In this document: one piece after another, positions 1 to 13,935 of the stretch
Layout: the number at the start of each line of letters is the position of its first letter
How positions within the stretch are numbered: the stretch's first letter is position 1
Assembly: GCA_051294375.1 (NCBI GenBank)
Contig: CM119265.1
Span: 3,332,686 to 3,396,685 of the forward strand
Length of the DNA: 64,000 bases
Origin: Paraspadella gotoi
Lineage: Eukaryota > Animalia > Chaetognatha
Direction: 5' to 3'
Position numbers and translations under genes: made by a program
The notes under the pieces: model-generated
What the model saw: the letters and a program-made list of their open reading frames with translations, nothing else
Database searches by the model: none
Told to the model about the DNA's origin: nothing

Positions 1-241
1 CATGAGATGTTATGCTTTTAAATTTGTAATAGGGTTATATTGGCGATTTAAACGATTCTCTTTTCCTGTTCAAATTAACCGCTGCCGTATTCTCTTTAAG
101 TTTGTTATCCCATTATTCTTTTCATTTGGTTATCCTTTTCAACCATGTTCTCCTTGTACACGAAGGTGATGATGAAAATCTCATCGAACCTCAAATGTCA
201 AAAAGAGGAAGACTCTTTCATCTTGTTTAGAAGGGCTCTAA

Positions 242-365
<124 letters not shown>

Positions 366-2270
366 GACCTTTTGTTGGATCTAAGGATCTCAATTATGGA
401 TTCATTTAGGTTATTTTCTTCCATTTTCTCATATTCGAAACATTTGAATAAAATAGACCATTCTTTTAAAAGAAAGTTTGTTCTTAAAAACAAACTTACC
501 ACCTTAAATAATTTCTTTAGTAACTTAAAAACAGCCAACTGTTAGGTATATGATATGTACTGGCCTTTGTCTATTAATATTACAGTTTCTTGAGCAAAGT
601 TTACAGGTACTGAGATGAGAAAATAAATCATAAAGCCAAAACAAAATCCTTTATTGGAAACTGTCAATTATCGTCTCTCCTTGCTGTACATTTGCTGCAG
701 ATTAAATCCGTTGCCACAGATAGATTGCCGCAAGTGAGAGAGAAAGAGAGAGAGAGAGAGATTAATTAGGAGAATAATATACATACATAAGAGCGGAAGC
801 GAGTCCATCTTCTAAGAATTCCTAATGAATCTGGATTAAATATAAGAAGTATAAAATTGAGATTCCTTCTTCATTGTCTACATTGCACATGGATCTTTCG
901 ATGCCTTCACCAATTTGCCGGATTTGTTGTCTGAATTGCGACTGAATTAATCGAAGGCGTCGGCGATGACGCCTCCGTACAGATGCGTCCGGATAAACCG
1001 CATCACGTCGCCGAAAATATATATTTTTTTAATCTCCCTTGTTTGAAGCTGAATGATAGAACTATGAAAATGACAGGTTCATTAACATAAAATAAATATA
1101 TAAATAAATAAATATATAAATAAATAGTTAGGACAATACGATGAATGTTCCATAAGGACAAGATGCCATTTCTTGAAAGTCAGTGAAAGAAAGTTCACGT
1201 TTTCTTTTTTCTTTCATATTTGACCAAACAAATCTTTCTCTCCGTTCATTTCCTACCGTGATTGGGAGTATAGTACAAAGTAAAAAGTTTGCAAACCTCT
1301 GTGAAATTATTTATCATTTTTCGTACTCATATATCAATCATTTAGAAGACATGAAATGTATATAGGGAAGCATCTTTCACTGTATCCAACGATACATAAT
1401 CTTCCAAAGAGAAAATTTAAGAGAAATATTAGGAAGACGACGACGACAACAACAACAATGAGATAGACGGCGGAAACCTAATCAACGTCGAGAGATTCAA
1501 TCTTATAAAAGAAAAGAGATTCTAGTTTTTAAACAAAAGACAATTCGAAGCGCCTTCTCTCGGCAAAGAGCCCATAAGATTGAAAGACAAAAGCTTAATA
1601 TCTTGCATCCTTTTCGTTAATTCTACGGTGAGTACTGGCGTAGAAAATTGTTATATAGTAAAATTGGTACAAATAATGTAAAAATGGCCCATTTATTTAA
1701 AAAAGCTGTCTTGGCTCTCGAGTTTGAACAGGCCTTTAAAATATTGTAATAAGCATCTGAATAAGTAGCCAAAATAGAATTAAAAATCGATGTCGCATTG
1801 GAAGAGTTAAGTTTAAGAGAATACATGGTGACAATCTTATAAGCGCCACTAGAAAAGAGCTGTCATTTGAAAACGCATACTGGGGAAAATGAAATCTATG
1901 TAATAGAGCGTAGTGAATGTTTTTTATACATTAATGTTCATTAGTACAATTTTGTTCATTCCTTACTTTTAGAATTTTAAATTAAGTCAAATTTAGAATT
2001 TTTACTAAACTTTATTACGCAACTACGCAACAAAATAGTCACTAAACTATTTGGCAAAGTTGCTAAGTTGTATGTAAGTTCTTGTGTACTACACAATGTG
2101 TAGTGATGAAAAATTAAAAATTTTCACTAACTTGTAATTAAAACGGATATGATTGAAAATTTATATATTTTTTTAAATTCGAACTTCTTACTTGTTTCTC
2201 AGGTTTTTGTCCTCGACAGCAAAACATCTTAATTTTATATCGAAGACCTACACTGTTTTCCTTTAACAAC

Positions 2271-5115
2271 ATGGGTTTGAATTTTATCAAAGATACCGAA
2301 TTGATTATGTTGGTAATTAGTATAGCTCTTGCAGTGATGGACGTTGCAACAGATTTGCAGACTTCGTTTAACATGATAGTTCAAGGAAATTATTTTATCA
2401 GGTTAGAATTCATTTTTGCTTAAATTTGAGTATCTAATTGAGGCTGATTTTTTAAGATTTTTTTAGCCATAATATTTTAAAGCACAATGAATAAAAACCA
2501 AGGTTATTGATTTAAAACTATTTAACATAAATTTTTCGCACTAAAACGTCGTAAAGGGAAATAAGAAATCAATACAAATGAACGGAATAAAAAGCTGTGT
2601 CATATAAGTAAAGAGAAAAGAATAGCAAGGGCGAGATATATATATTTACACTTGTTTTACTTTATAAAGATACCTTGGATGTATTATTTTATTTGTGGTG
2701 GCTTTTCATAGTCTAGTTTCTGGACTTTACTCTCAATCTGTAATTACGAAAAATAAACATATTTTTCCAAATCTACATAAAAACATATTCCGAAAATACA
2801 TAGTTTTGGTTTGCGGATTTTTTGGACTAGGTGCAATACCACTATTAATAGATAACTATTATGAAAAAAAGGAACTAAATTCGGGCAAAAATTTAAGAAT
2901 AAACGCATTAAAACTGAAAGAACACGTTTTACAAATCCTAAATTTGGTCCAATGCCTTTTAGAATCCTTCCCTCAAGTTTTAGTGCAAACTTGTTCAATG
3001 GCCTTTTTGTGGACAAGTGGTACAAAGGAAATATGTTTAAATCCTTGTTTGATGAAACTTGGTTCATACGAAAAAGTGTCATATGAATTTGTTTATGAAA
3101 ATAAAACCTTTATTGCATACAGACCGTTAAAAGTAAGTATCTATTATTGTCAGACTCATTGGCTTACGACTGTTCATTCTATTGAAGAAAATCAAGTAAC
3201 TTTTAAAACTCTCCCCTGCAGTTGCGATGTCAGTACTTTAACATTAGGGGAAAATATAACCGAAATATTTTGTTACTGGAGAATAAAAAACTTTATTCCA
3301 ATTTTGTCCTTAGTATTTTCGACCATAAGCTTGGCAAAAACTTGTTGGTCCAATAGAGTGAACGTTAATTTGTTTGTCACAGAGAACAAGTTAAAATGTT
3401 TGAATATTACAAGCACAATAACCGGAATCGTGCAGGGTGTAATTGGCATAACAGTTTGTATGTATATCATTTACATCACCGCAATAAGAAGTACTGTTTG
3501 GTTCATAATTTTTACGCCGTTGATAATTTTAAGAGTACTCACTCCCTTAGAACTATATAATCTCCTTTACCAGTTAATTGCTAATTTCAGAAAGGGTAAA
3601 TTTAAGAAAATTACTAAGAATAGTATGAAAACCGCTTCCTTTTATATGATAATATCTCCCTTATGGAATTTAGTTTTTTTCTCTGCATTCATGATGATTG
3701 AAAAATCATTGAATATTCAAAGATATATTACGACGTTAGATTTTAATTTTTCTCCTAGACTAGAATCTCGATTGGTTTTTCTCGATCCACCAAAGATTTG
3801 GGAATCAAAAATATTTCAGACAAACTTCGCTCCCAAATTATTTCTTTATAGAGATATTTTCAATTCATTCACCAAGCGTCATGACCGAAAATGTATCATT
3901 CCCCACGGAATCATAGAACATTCCAAATGGAAGAATGTATCCCTATTAGGTTATGCGTATGAAAATGATAACAATTGTAAAAATCTTATACAAAAATACA
4001 AAGATGGAAAGAGGGTAAAGAGTGTGAAACCGTTCTTAATTGTTAATTTGGGCAATTATATGCTTTTTTATCCAAGCTATTATGTTATCCTCGCTTTTAT
4101 GATGATTGACACGGTATTTTGTTTGCTTCACTTGACTATTTTATTTTATCAAATTGGTCAATTAAGCCAAATTTCAATGTTTCTTCTCGCATCATTAGCA
4201 ACTATAATCCCAATTATACTAAGTATGCAAGGACTTTTTATTCAAAAAGAAATTTTAAAAAAAGACATAGTGAGTAAGAAAAATTTTCATTTGAAAGCAG
4301 TTTATCCTCCCATACATGATTCTCAATTCTATGTTTACAATACAGGATTATTGTTGGCTAATTCAGTTTTCGTTGTGGTCATTATTTCTTTCATATTTAC
4401 ATTAAACGTAATATTGAAACTGAAAACTTTTCGGAGAGCAAAGAATCATTTATATTTTGTTATTTCAATGTTTCTACCAATTTTTATCTATTCATTTGAT
4501 CCAAACGATAAAATACGAGACAGCATAAGTCTTGATCTGCAGTATTTTAGTAATTTTTCAACAAAAGAAAACAATGAAAGTCTATTGATCTTTTCATGGG
4601 GTAGAATCCATAAAAATCTTATCAATTTGATATTTTGGGAAGAAAGTTTTTTGACATTCTTTAAAATATCATTTCTCCCTCTTTTTAGTTTGATTAAACA
4701 CAATTTGGTGACAAAATTTAAAAAAAGGAAAATTATTTTAATTTTTAGTTTGACGATTCTTTCACTTTTATTTGGTATTTTTTCATTATTGATAGGGGGC
4801 CCTGCGGAAAAATTAAGATATCACGGTCTTATCGAAAGAAAACCCGCCATTAGAGTGTACTGGTCAGCTAAACTCGAACATCAAAGTCCAACTTTCATAC
4901 TTTTGTATTCTTTATCGTACTATTTTATGAGATTTCTTTTTGTCAAAACTGAACGAGATAATCGCCATCAGGCTGAATTTATGATGAAAAATATTATTAA
5001 CATCGACATCAAAGAGATTTTCAAAAATCTGCAAAAGTTTAGTCGATACCAAACATTCGAAATTGATTTTGTATTTTTCATTTGCATTCTTTTGCCGGCG
5101 ATGATTTTCGTCTGA
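2271..5115 (+). CDS. XK-related (Xkr scramblase family-like) multi-pass membrane protein, two coding exons (2271-2401, 2670-5115), ~858 aa
   Basis: Exon 1 translates MGLNFIKDTELIMLVISIALAVMDVATDLQTSFNMIVQGNYFI (XK-type DVxTD motif) and ends ag|gttag in phase 2. The acceptor ttttactttataaag|a joins in frame to the 806-aa ORF, which carries LLESFPQVLVQ (XK ESxPQxxxQ motif), SLVFSTISLA and many hydrophobic segments. Confidence 0.65.
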
Positions 5116-5177
5116 TTCTGAAGAGACTATTGATTTCAATTTTGGAGAGAGAGAGAGAGAGAGAGACGAGAGAGGAT

Positions 5178-5208
<31 letters not shown>

Positions 5209-6709
5209 GAAGAGATGAGAGAAAGAGAGACACACAGAGAGAGAGAGAGAGAGATAGAGAGAGAGAGATTCGTTAAGTGTTCAAATTTTGTATTACGAAA
5301 TCCAAACACAATCCATCATGTATCCAATGCCTTTTGTTAATCATTTTTACCGATAAAGTGCAGCACGTATTCTCTTGCTCATACACACTCATAGGTAAAC
5401 AAAACGGCAACGCTTTTTCACTTTTTTACTTCTATTGCTTTTTTGTTAATTCAACTTAAATTTTCTTTGAAGAATCATCAATAATTGTTTGTGTAACTGA
5501 TTTGATTTTTTTCTTTTTGGGCCGGGAATAGCCTTAAGTAACTAGCGTTCCAAGTAAGTTGAAGTGAAAGTATGGAATTTAAATTTTGTGTCTATATTTC
5601 CAACAGTATATCTTTTCTAAACGTTTCGAATCTATATTGGTTTTTTCTATTTTCATGTTCTGCCAATTTTCTTGATTTGTATTTAGAACCAACCGTAACC
5701 GTATTTAATATAAAAAAGTTAGATCCAAATTAAAAACTGTACTATAGATATAGTTGTTAAGGTTTTTCAATTGTGAGCATTTCATAAAATATTCTGTAAA
5801 ACGTTTTGCCAAAAACTTATAATTTATCAAATGTTAATCTTAAATTTATTATAATATTGGTTTTAATATATAAATATGGTCTAGTCATTTTCAGTGATAT
5901 TTAAAATTTAAAAATTTAATTTTATGTTTTATTGGCTAAATAATTATGTTAATTATGTTAATAATGTTAATAATGTTAATTATCTAATTTTTTTCATATC
6001 AAACTTTTTAAAAAATATTTTTAAAAATATTTTAATTATTTATAAATTTTTTTTATTCTCTTAATCAAAAGGCAAGGAAAAGAAAGCAAAATACCATGTC
6101 ATGAAAATTTTTAAAATAAATTTAAAATAAATTTTATTTTATTCTAATTTATTTTTTTTTATTTTAATAATTATTTCTGAAATTTTTAAAAATAAATGTC
6201 AGAAGCAAATAGCCTCTTTGTTTTTTATTGTTTACATAGAGTTTAGACACCGAGACGGTATTAGGAAAACAATACCAGTGGAAGCCCTTACAGCAAGCCA
6301 GTCAGAAACGCCGCGAGCAGCCGACCTGGGCTTCATAGATTGTCCCTGCTGTTGCAAAACTTTTTTTTTCCTGACACATAGATAAACAAATAAAAAGAGA
6401 GTTGAAATGCTAATTTACACTCATGTGCAAAAAATACACGCCACTTTATAACTTTAAATTACAGATGCTTTATAAAAACATTGAAGGATGTCTGGCACAC
6501 CTTTGGCTAGATCATTTATTGACTCAATCGTATGATTGGTTTTACCGTTAAAGTACTTAACAAAGATTAAGCCACATTAATTTTAAACCCTTGCTACATC
6601 CACAACTTGTAGAACCGCCTGCATCGCTGGAGGATGTGGAGAGGAAAACTTTATTCTCTATTTAACTACAAACTTTTCATTTTAGAATCTCTAACTTTGG
6701 TATAGTTAC

Positions 6710-7322
6710 TAGGCCGGAACAGGTTGAAAACTAGAAGTTCTCTCAAATAAATAATGGTAAAGTGACTGTTAGAGAATATGAAAATAAAAATTATTTTAAA
6801 AAATTATTTCATTAATAAGCGCACGGAAGCCTTTAAATATTATTTTATTACTATATAAAGTTAAAAATTTTTTTGGAATTTTTCAATTTTTTTTTGATAG
6901 ATTCTGATAGAGCTTTAAAAGTTAAATAAAGGTTATTAATACAAATTTTTAAATTTTTTTTGTTTTATTGATCAAAATTTTAAAAAACTATAAAATTCAG
7001 CCAATGATGATGATGATGATGATTTTTTAACGTTTTTTTTGTTTTTAACCAATTTCTTGTCAAAATTTTAAAAAATTGTAGTACTAACTTTCATTTAACT
7101 TTTCAAGCTTTATAAGAATCCGTTCTTAAAAAATAAATTTTTAAAAAATTTTTTTTGTCATTTGTTATATATTAATAAATATTTAAAAGCTTCAGTGCAA
7201 CAACCCAATGAACTAATTCAAAAAGTTGCATTGAAAATCGATTTAGTAATGGAAGGAAAAAAGAAATTTTTTTGAGAGAATTAGAAGTTATAAAAAGTGT
7301 TCAATTTTGGCCCGCCTTAATA
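6710..7322 (+). mobile_element. ~610 bp MITE-like non-autonomous DNA transposon, copy 1
   Basis: Near-identical reverse-complement copy at 26849-27455; TA at both ends; imperfect terminal and subterminal inverted repeats (ttctctcaaa/tttgagagaa) plus internal inverted segments; no ORF. Confidence 0.75.
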
Positions 7323-7566
7323 GTTACATAGCCAATAAAGGCCTTTAAATAAATCATGAACTTTCAGTTTGATAAAGCAATGTGGTTACATCCTGGAGGA
7401 TACCATAAAAGGTTTGTAGTTTTACAGAATAATGGTGTGCCAGAAATCCTTCCAGCAAGGGTGGCGCCAAGGGTGTTGAACCGGCAAACATCTTTTTTTA
7501 TGCCCACCCATATTATGTCAGATGTAAAAAAGGGCCTGATCCACTAAGCGTTCTAGCCAACTTTCA

Positions 7567-7762
7567 AGAAAGCAAAAGCCTATCAAGCAAAAGCCTATCA
7601 AGCAAAAGCCTATCAAACAAAAGCCTATCAAGCAAGAGGCCATCGAGCAAAATCCTATAAAGCAAAAGCCTATCAAGCAAAAGCCTATCAAGCAAAAGTC
7701 TATTAAGCAAGAGGCAATCGAGCACAAGCCTATCAAGCAAAAGTCTATCAAGCAAAAGCCTA
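7567..7762. repeat. 15-bp minisatellite (agcaaaagcctatca)n, left half; continues at 13561-13740
   Basis: Tandem units visible; array split by the BEL/Pao insertion; source of the IGFCL/DRLLL pseudo-ORFs. Confidence 0.95.
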
Positions 7763-8349
7763 TGTTTGGGTTAGTTAGAGCATTCCTTGAATTTTCATAG
7801 ANNNNNNNNNNNNNNNNNNNNNNNNNNNNNNNNNNNNNNNNNNNTTCAAATAATCAAGACCTTGGATTAAGCAGAAATCTTTTTATTTGAGTACCTTTAT
7901 TGACAGTGAGGCAGTTGGATATAAAACTTTGATAGCAAATGGTCAGCTTAAAGCTAAAAGGAATAGAAAATTATTACTTTATTTAAATAAAAATCACAAA
8001 ATAATCAAACAGTGTTTTTACCTCTTATGGTCCTTGGAACGCCCTAGAATACTACAAAAAATGTCCCTTTTTATATTAGTAAAGAACCAATCAGAAACTA
8101 GAGGTAGCTATCAAATTTAAAATTAACTAATCAGGGACTAGGATTTATGTGCTATAGCATCAATCTTTGTGCACTAGGACCAATTTTTATAGCTAATTAT
8201 TTCTTATAACCATTAAGATAGTTGTTGCTAAGTAAGTAGAAACAGAGCAGCATGACGCGTTGCTATGGGGAATTTTTAGTAACCAGAATAGGACAATCAT
8301 CAACTCTGATTGAGAGCAAAATGAATGTTATTTAAAAATCATTTCTACA
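7763..8349 (-). repeat. 3' LTR of BEL/Pao element (contains an N gap)
   Basis: TG...CA direct repeat of 13017-13560, adjacent to the PPT. Confidence 0.9.
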
Positions 8350-8714
8350 TTAATCCCCCTCAGTTGCATAACATGCAACTCAATTCGTAATATTTAATGA
8401 ATTTTTAAAAAAATTATTCACGATAAAATTTACGACTAAATCGGTAATAAAAACAAAAGTGTATCGGAAAATTTCGTCTGCTCGGATAATTAAAAACAAG
8501 ATAAAATTACGGAATAAAATTTGTTTATAAAAAATCGACGGAAATTCAACTAAAGAACATGTCAACGGATAAATTCTAAATAAAAAAGTGAACTTTACAA
8601 ATTAAAAGGATCAATTTCGTCCACGTTTTCTTCAACATCGTTACTTTTATCAATATTTTCTTCACAATTGTCAATTTTATCGTCGAGATCGGCGATTTTC
8701 GACTTCAAGACGGA

Positions 8715-11368
8715 CTACTTTTGTTCGGTCACGATCAAAGAGTTTTCCGTTTGCCGTGCGGACAGTGACACGGCGCGACATGAGTGCCCGTCTGAATGAG
8801 CCGCGTGGATAATGCCGAAGACCACTTGTCTCTTGAGCAAGATCGTCGACGAGAAGACCAGATCACCAACGGCAAGATTCTGGGCGAAGGAAGTCCATTT
8901 TTGACGTTGTTGGAGAGAGGTAATATATTCGCGGCGCCACCTACCCAGAATTCGTTTGCTAAGTTTTGACTCTGTCTCCATGCTGAGCGCGAAATTGTTG
9001 GCAGTATCGTTTGAGGGAATGACGTCAGTAGATGAGAGCGCGGGAGCCCAGGGTGAGGGATCATCTCGGGGGTTAGTGGGGAAGGGTCTCGGAATCGCTT
9101 TGAGATACGAGTAAGAGGGCGGCGATTAATTATTCCTTCAGAAATAGTTACCATTGTTTCAAAGATTTCATTAGTAACTTCCCTTTTGTCTAGGAGAACA
9201 TGAAGAGTTTTTCTTTACTGTCCGTACCAGCCGCTCCCAGACTCCGCCCCAATGCGGCGCGCCAGGAGAGTGAAGCGCCACTCGAGACCTTTGGAACGTA
9301 ACTTCTCAGGTAAATCTTTGTTGTGTGCATTGATAGCAGCTTTGATTTCTTTGTCTGATCCTCGGAAATTTGTGCCGTTGTCGCTATATAAGATTCTGAG
9401 ACCTGGACGGCGAGCCTGAAATCTGAGTAGAGCATTCATAAACACAGAAGTGGATAAAATCTCGTTTGGTTTCTAAATGTACAGCTCTCATTCTTAAGCA
9501 TGTAAATAATGCTATCCAACGTTTGGCCATGGTTCTATGAATTTTAATTTTAAAAGGTCCACAAAGATTCAACGCCCGTGGCTTCAAATGGAAAAACCTG
9601 GTCAATCGGATAGCCGGAAAGAGGCGCCATCTTTTGTTTCTCTGGCTGGGAATGTGACCGTTGGCAGGAAACACATCGGCGGATGACCTTTTGTATCGTA
9701 TTTTGACCTTTTGATATCCAAAATCTTTGGCGTAATTGAGCATGAGTTTGATTGGGGCCAGCGTGAGCTTCACTAATATGAGTTAATAAAATAAGAGAAT
9801 TAATTAGTCTTGATTTTTGCAGGAAGAATGGCGGGATGGCGCCATCTCATATTTTTCGTTTGCTCGGTGCAGGCGACCACCAACCCCTGAGGACGTCGTC
9901 GTCGTCAACAAATGGATCCAGGTCTCTAAGAGGAGAAACTTTAGAACGTAATTCTTTTCTGATTGAAGGATCACCCTTTTTGGTATTTTTCAAATGATTA
10001 ATTTCATGACCAAATGATTCTTCTTGAATTAATTTAATTAAAGTCATTTCTGCATTAAATATATCTTGATGTCGAATTAAAGAAATATTTTGATTAATTT
10101 TATTTTGAAATACAAATTTGATAAACTTTTGATAGATAGTAATTCGAAAAATAAGCTTTTGCCAATCAGATAAGTTAGCAGCAATCTTTTGTAAGAGTTC
10201 ATTTTTAGATGGTTCATTTATCTGTATGCTATTTATCTCTGTCTGAATATTATGTTCACATGGAATCCCGTCACCTGTCGGCCATTTTGACGAGTTCTCC
10301 CAAAGGAATGCTGGTCCCTGTGAAAATATTTCCAGATGACGTTTCCGTGGCCTCGAAACCTCGTGAACAAAGGTCAGCGGATTTGAATCTGTCGGTACGT
10401 ATCGCCACTGAGATGGTTCTGTAACCTCGTGTATCTTGGCCAATCTGTTTGCAAAAAAGGCTTTAAACGACAGTCACGTTATTCTAATTTGTTTTAGAAC
10501 ACACATTGCATCTGTCCAAAAATAAACTTCATTTATTTCATGATCAATCTCTCGTTTAATAAATTTATAAATTTCAGTTGAGTAACTGCAGCAGTTGTTC
10601 TAGTCGTGGAATAGTTTCTTTAGAACCTAATACTGTCTTCTCTATAGGAGCAACTCTAGATTTTGCTAATAAAAACGAAACATGAATTTGATCAATTAAC
10701 ATCGTCAATTCTTAAATAGGCAATTGAGCCGTAACCTTGTTGAGATGCATCGGAGAAAATGTGAAGTGAATCGACCTTACTTCTGTCAACTTAGATGAGC
10801 TTGTCCAGCGAGGGATTGAGATGTCTTCAATTGCATGGAGAGATGACTTCCAATCTAGGAAAGGCTGAAGCTGATCGTCAGGTATGGTTTGATCCCAATC
10901 AAGGCTGGAGACGCAATATCTCTGCAATAATCTTTTAGCAATAAAAAATGAAAGGAGCAGCGAATCCTAATGGATCAAAAATTGAAGAAGTTAGTGATAT
11001 ACTTGTCTTCTTGTCTTTGTTTCTTTCCCCCTTTTTAAATTTCGCGACAGAAATTTAAAATTATCTGACCCAAAATCATAACCGAGACCTAGTGTTCTAT
11101 CTGTAAAAGATACACCATTATCAGCAAAATTTTTCATTTCCTGTGAAATTTCAGCTCGTGATTCCGATGTGAGACATCTCTCTCTTTTTTTGAATTCGCG
11201 GATAGCATTGAATGCTTCATCTTTTGTCCAATGGAGGAGCTCGTAATACTTAATCCTGTCAGAAATACCTGGAATACTTTCGACATCATTAGCAAATTGA
11301 TAAAGAATCCTTCTAAAGTAAATGGGTTCCTTCAAACTTATCTTTTTCATTAGGCCGAATCCTGGCAA
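8715..11368 (-). pseudogene. Fragmented BEL/Pao pol: RT C-terminus, RNase H/peptidase A17-like region, integrase core, DUF5641-like tail
   Basis: Collinear ORF fragments 10991-11368, 10712-10927, 9847-10443, 9384-9773, 9215-9445, 8735-9154 and 8715-8981 in alternating frames. Confidence 0.85.
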
Positions 11369-13016
11369 GTGTCTGAGATCCTATAAGCGCGAGATATCCA
11401 TCTGTTGACCCAGACTGATTGGTATTGATTGGTTTGCACCAGGCGGGGGCTGATAAGTATTTGTTGGATTTGGCTGGTTAGTTTCTTTTGGAGTTTGAGG
11501 TCGACCTTGACTTGGTTGAAAGGATTCTGATTCAGGATTTAATCTTTTATTGTTTATATTATTTAAATTAATATTATCTGGTTGAACATTTTCCAATTGA
11601 TTAGCCCAAGATAATACCTTTTGTTGATTTGACGTACCAGGCATTTCAATTATTGAAACTCTGTCTTCATCGTCGGAATCCGCGTGTTTCTCAGCCAATT
11701 CTCTATCAATTTTCTCAATTTCTGCCTCTCCCATCAAAGCATCAGCCTCTTCTTGTTGAAATTTTAATTTCATTTCTTCTATTTTTCTTAAATTTTGCTC
11801 ATGTAAATTTTTAATTTAAGTTCTTGTTACACTTAGTATAATGAGATTCATACCTTGCTCTCCGTTTCTCATCCTGTCTTGAGCTAGTGATGCTTGATTT
11901 ATCGGCGTCTCCCAAGTTTGAATCATTGTCTTTGTTCGTCTCTCCAGTGGGAGCTGAAAAATTAAACTTCCTTTCGGGTACAGGAGTGGGAGAATGAATT
12001 TGAACTTCAGGTACTCGTTTTTGTAATTCAGTACGAAATGTTAAAGCTTCATTTCTAATGTGTTAGCAATATCACTTAACTGTAGTTTTGTTGCCTCATT
12101 CCAGGCTGATCTTGCGCAGTGAGTCGGAGTTGATTAGCAGTAGAAATGGCAGATTCAAATAAGTTTTGTGCTTCATTACCCGGTAATGGTGGAAGAGATA
12201 TATCTCGTAATCTTGAAGTTGCTTCCTTAGTTTCACTGTACAGGTTTGGCGTCTCTTGAAGCCGTTCGAACGTCGCGGTTGCTGGTTGCATTTTTAGTAC
12301 CTGGATAACAGCGTGAGTTCTAGAATTGACGTAAAAGTTATTTATTTTTGATATCCACAGTACAAACGTTTCTTGGTAGTGAGCAAACATCATTATTTTA
12401 ATCCCTGTAAATATTTCCACTGAAAGGAAGAACAGCAAATACTGATTAACATCACTTGAATAAAAACTGATTAGGAAAAGACTTACGACCCAAAAATTTG
12501 GCGCAAAGACAAATCTACTTCAGACGGCGGATCAAATACAAGGTAGCGCGCAATTTTGTTGCCTTGGAAAGCTCGTCTGGACTAGCTCCGTCAAGGTACG
12601 AGATCGATAAATATATTCATCTGGTTTTTGTGTGCGACTGGTAAATCTTATCACTTTTGATAAGTTTTTTGACAAGCTGGGAAGCACGGATCATCTGGTG
12701 ACTTTTTCAAATATCTCACAAGGAGACAGTCCTTCTGGATCGAATTCAAAGGGATCCTTCCACTCAGGAATTCCTGGGATGCCCATTACTCCGAGGCCAT
12801 CGTCGACCCATTTGCACGGACATTCTCCAAGATCGACATGTCCAACTTCCATCAAGCGGCGCCACTGAAGATCCTTTTTTCTCTCTTTTTGAAGATATGA
12901 TTTGGGACGCAAGACATCTAATTTAAAAATCAGAAAACTTAGTTAATGAATCATTTTGTTTGATTTTTCTTTATACCGGCTCTGAAATAGTGTTTAGCTC
13001 AATAAGAGCTTTAGAG

Positions 13017-13560
13017 TGTTTGGGTTAGTTAGAGCATTCCTTGAATTTCATAGATTAATAAATCAAGACCTTGGATTAAGCAGACATCTTTTTATTTGAG
13101 TACCTTTATTGACAGTGAGGCAGTTGGATATAAAAACTTTGTAGCAAATGGTCAGCTTAAAGCTAAAAGGAATAGAAATTATTACTTTATTTAAATAAAA
13201 ATCACAAAATATCAAACAGTGTTTTTACCTCTTATGGTCCTTGGAACGCCCTAGAATACTACAAAAAATGTCCTTTTTATATTAGTAAAGAACCAATCAG
13301 AAACTAGAGGTAGCTATCAAATTTAAAATTAACTAATCAGGGACTAGGATTTATGTGCTATAGCATCAATCTTTGTGCACTAGGACCAATTTTTATAGCT
13401 AATTATTTCTTATAACCATTAAGATAGTTGTTGCTAATAAGTAAGTAGAAAACAAGCAGCATGACGCGTTTCTATGGGGAATTTTTAGTAACCAGAATAG
13501 GACAATCATTCAACTCTGATTGAGAGGCAAAATGAATGTTATTTAAAAATCATTTCTACA
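13017..13560 (-). repeat. 5' LTR of BEL/Pao element
   Basis: 544 bp, TG...CA, direct repeat of 7763-8349. Confidence 0.9.
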
Positions 13561-13935
13561 GCCTATCAAGCAAAAGCCTATCAAGCAAAAGTCTATCAAG
13601 CAAGAGGCCATCGAGAACAAGCCTATCAAGCAAAAGCCTATCAAGCAAAAGCCTATCAAGCAAAAGCCTATAAAGCAAAAGCCAATCAAACAAAAGCCTA
13701 TCAAGCAAAAGCCTATCAAGCAAGAGGCCATCGAGCAAAATCTTCCACGCAATCGTTGTTGTTATTGTCGTCATTCAGGAGTCAAAATGCGACGAAAATA
13801 AGTCGTTTCCATGGTGATCGTCTTTGTATCTCGGAGCATCTGATTCTTATTCTCATCGTCGTCGTCGTCGTCGTCCTTTTAATATAAAACTACAAATTGT
13901 AACATTTCTTTAAACATTAAAAAAATTATAAATTT

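Larger units (their letters stand above)
7763..13560 (-). mobile_element. BEL/Pao LTR retrotransposon, internally deleted and frameshifted
   Basis: Near-identical LTRs tgtttggg...tttctaca at 7763-8349 and 13017-13560; 5-bp TSD gccta (7758-7762, 13561-13565); minus-strand PPT-like agggggattaa next to the left LTR; minus-strand fragments with Pao motifs: LDWDQ, WRYVPTDSNP, LDPFVDDDDVLR, WIALFTCLRMRAVHLE, YSDNGTNF, NRRPLT, WRREYITSLQQRQKW. Confidence 0.92.

Noticed and set aside
7518-7755. IGFCL/DRLLL pentapeptide-repeat ORFs (also 13543-13774)
   Set aside because: Product of a 15-bp minisatellite interrupted by a retrotransposon; not a pentapeptide-repeat gene.
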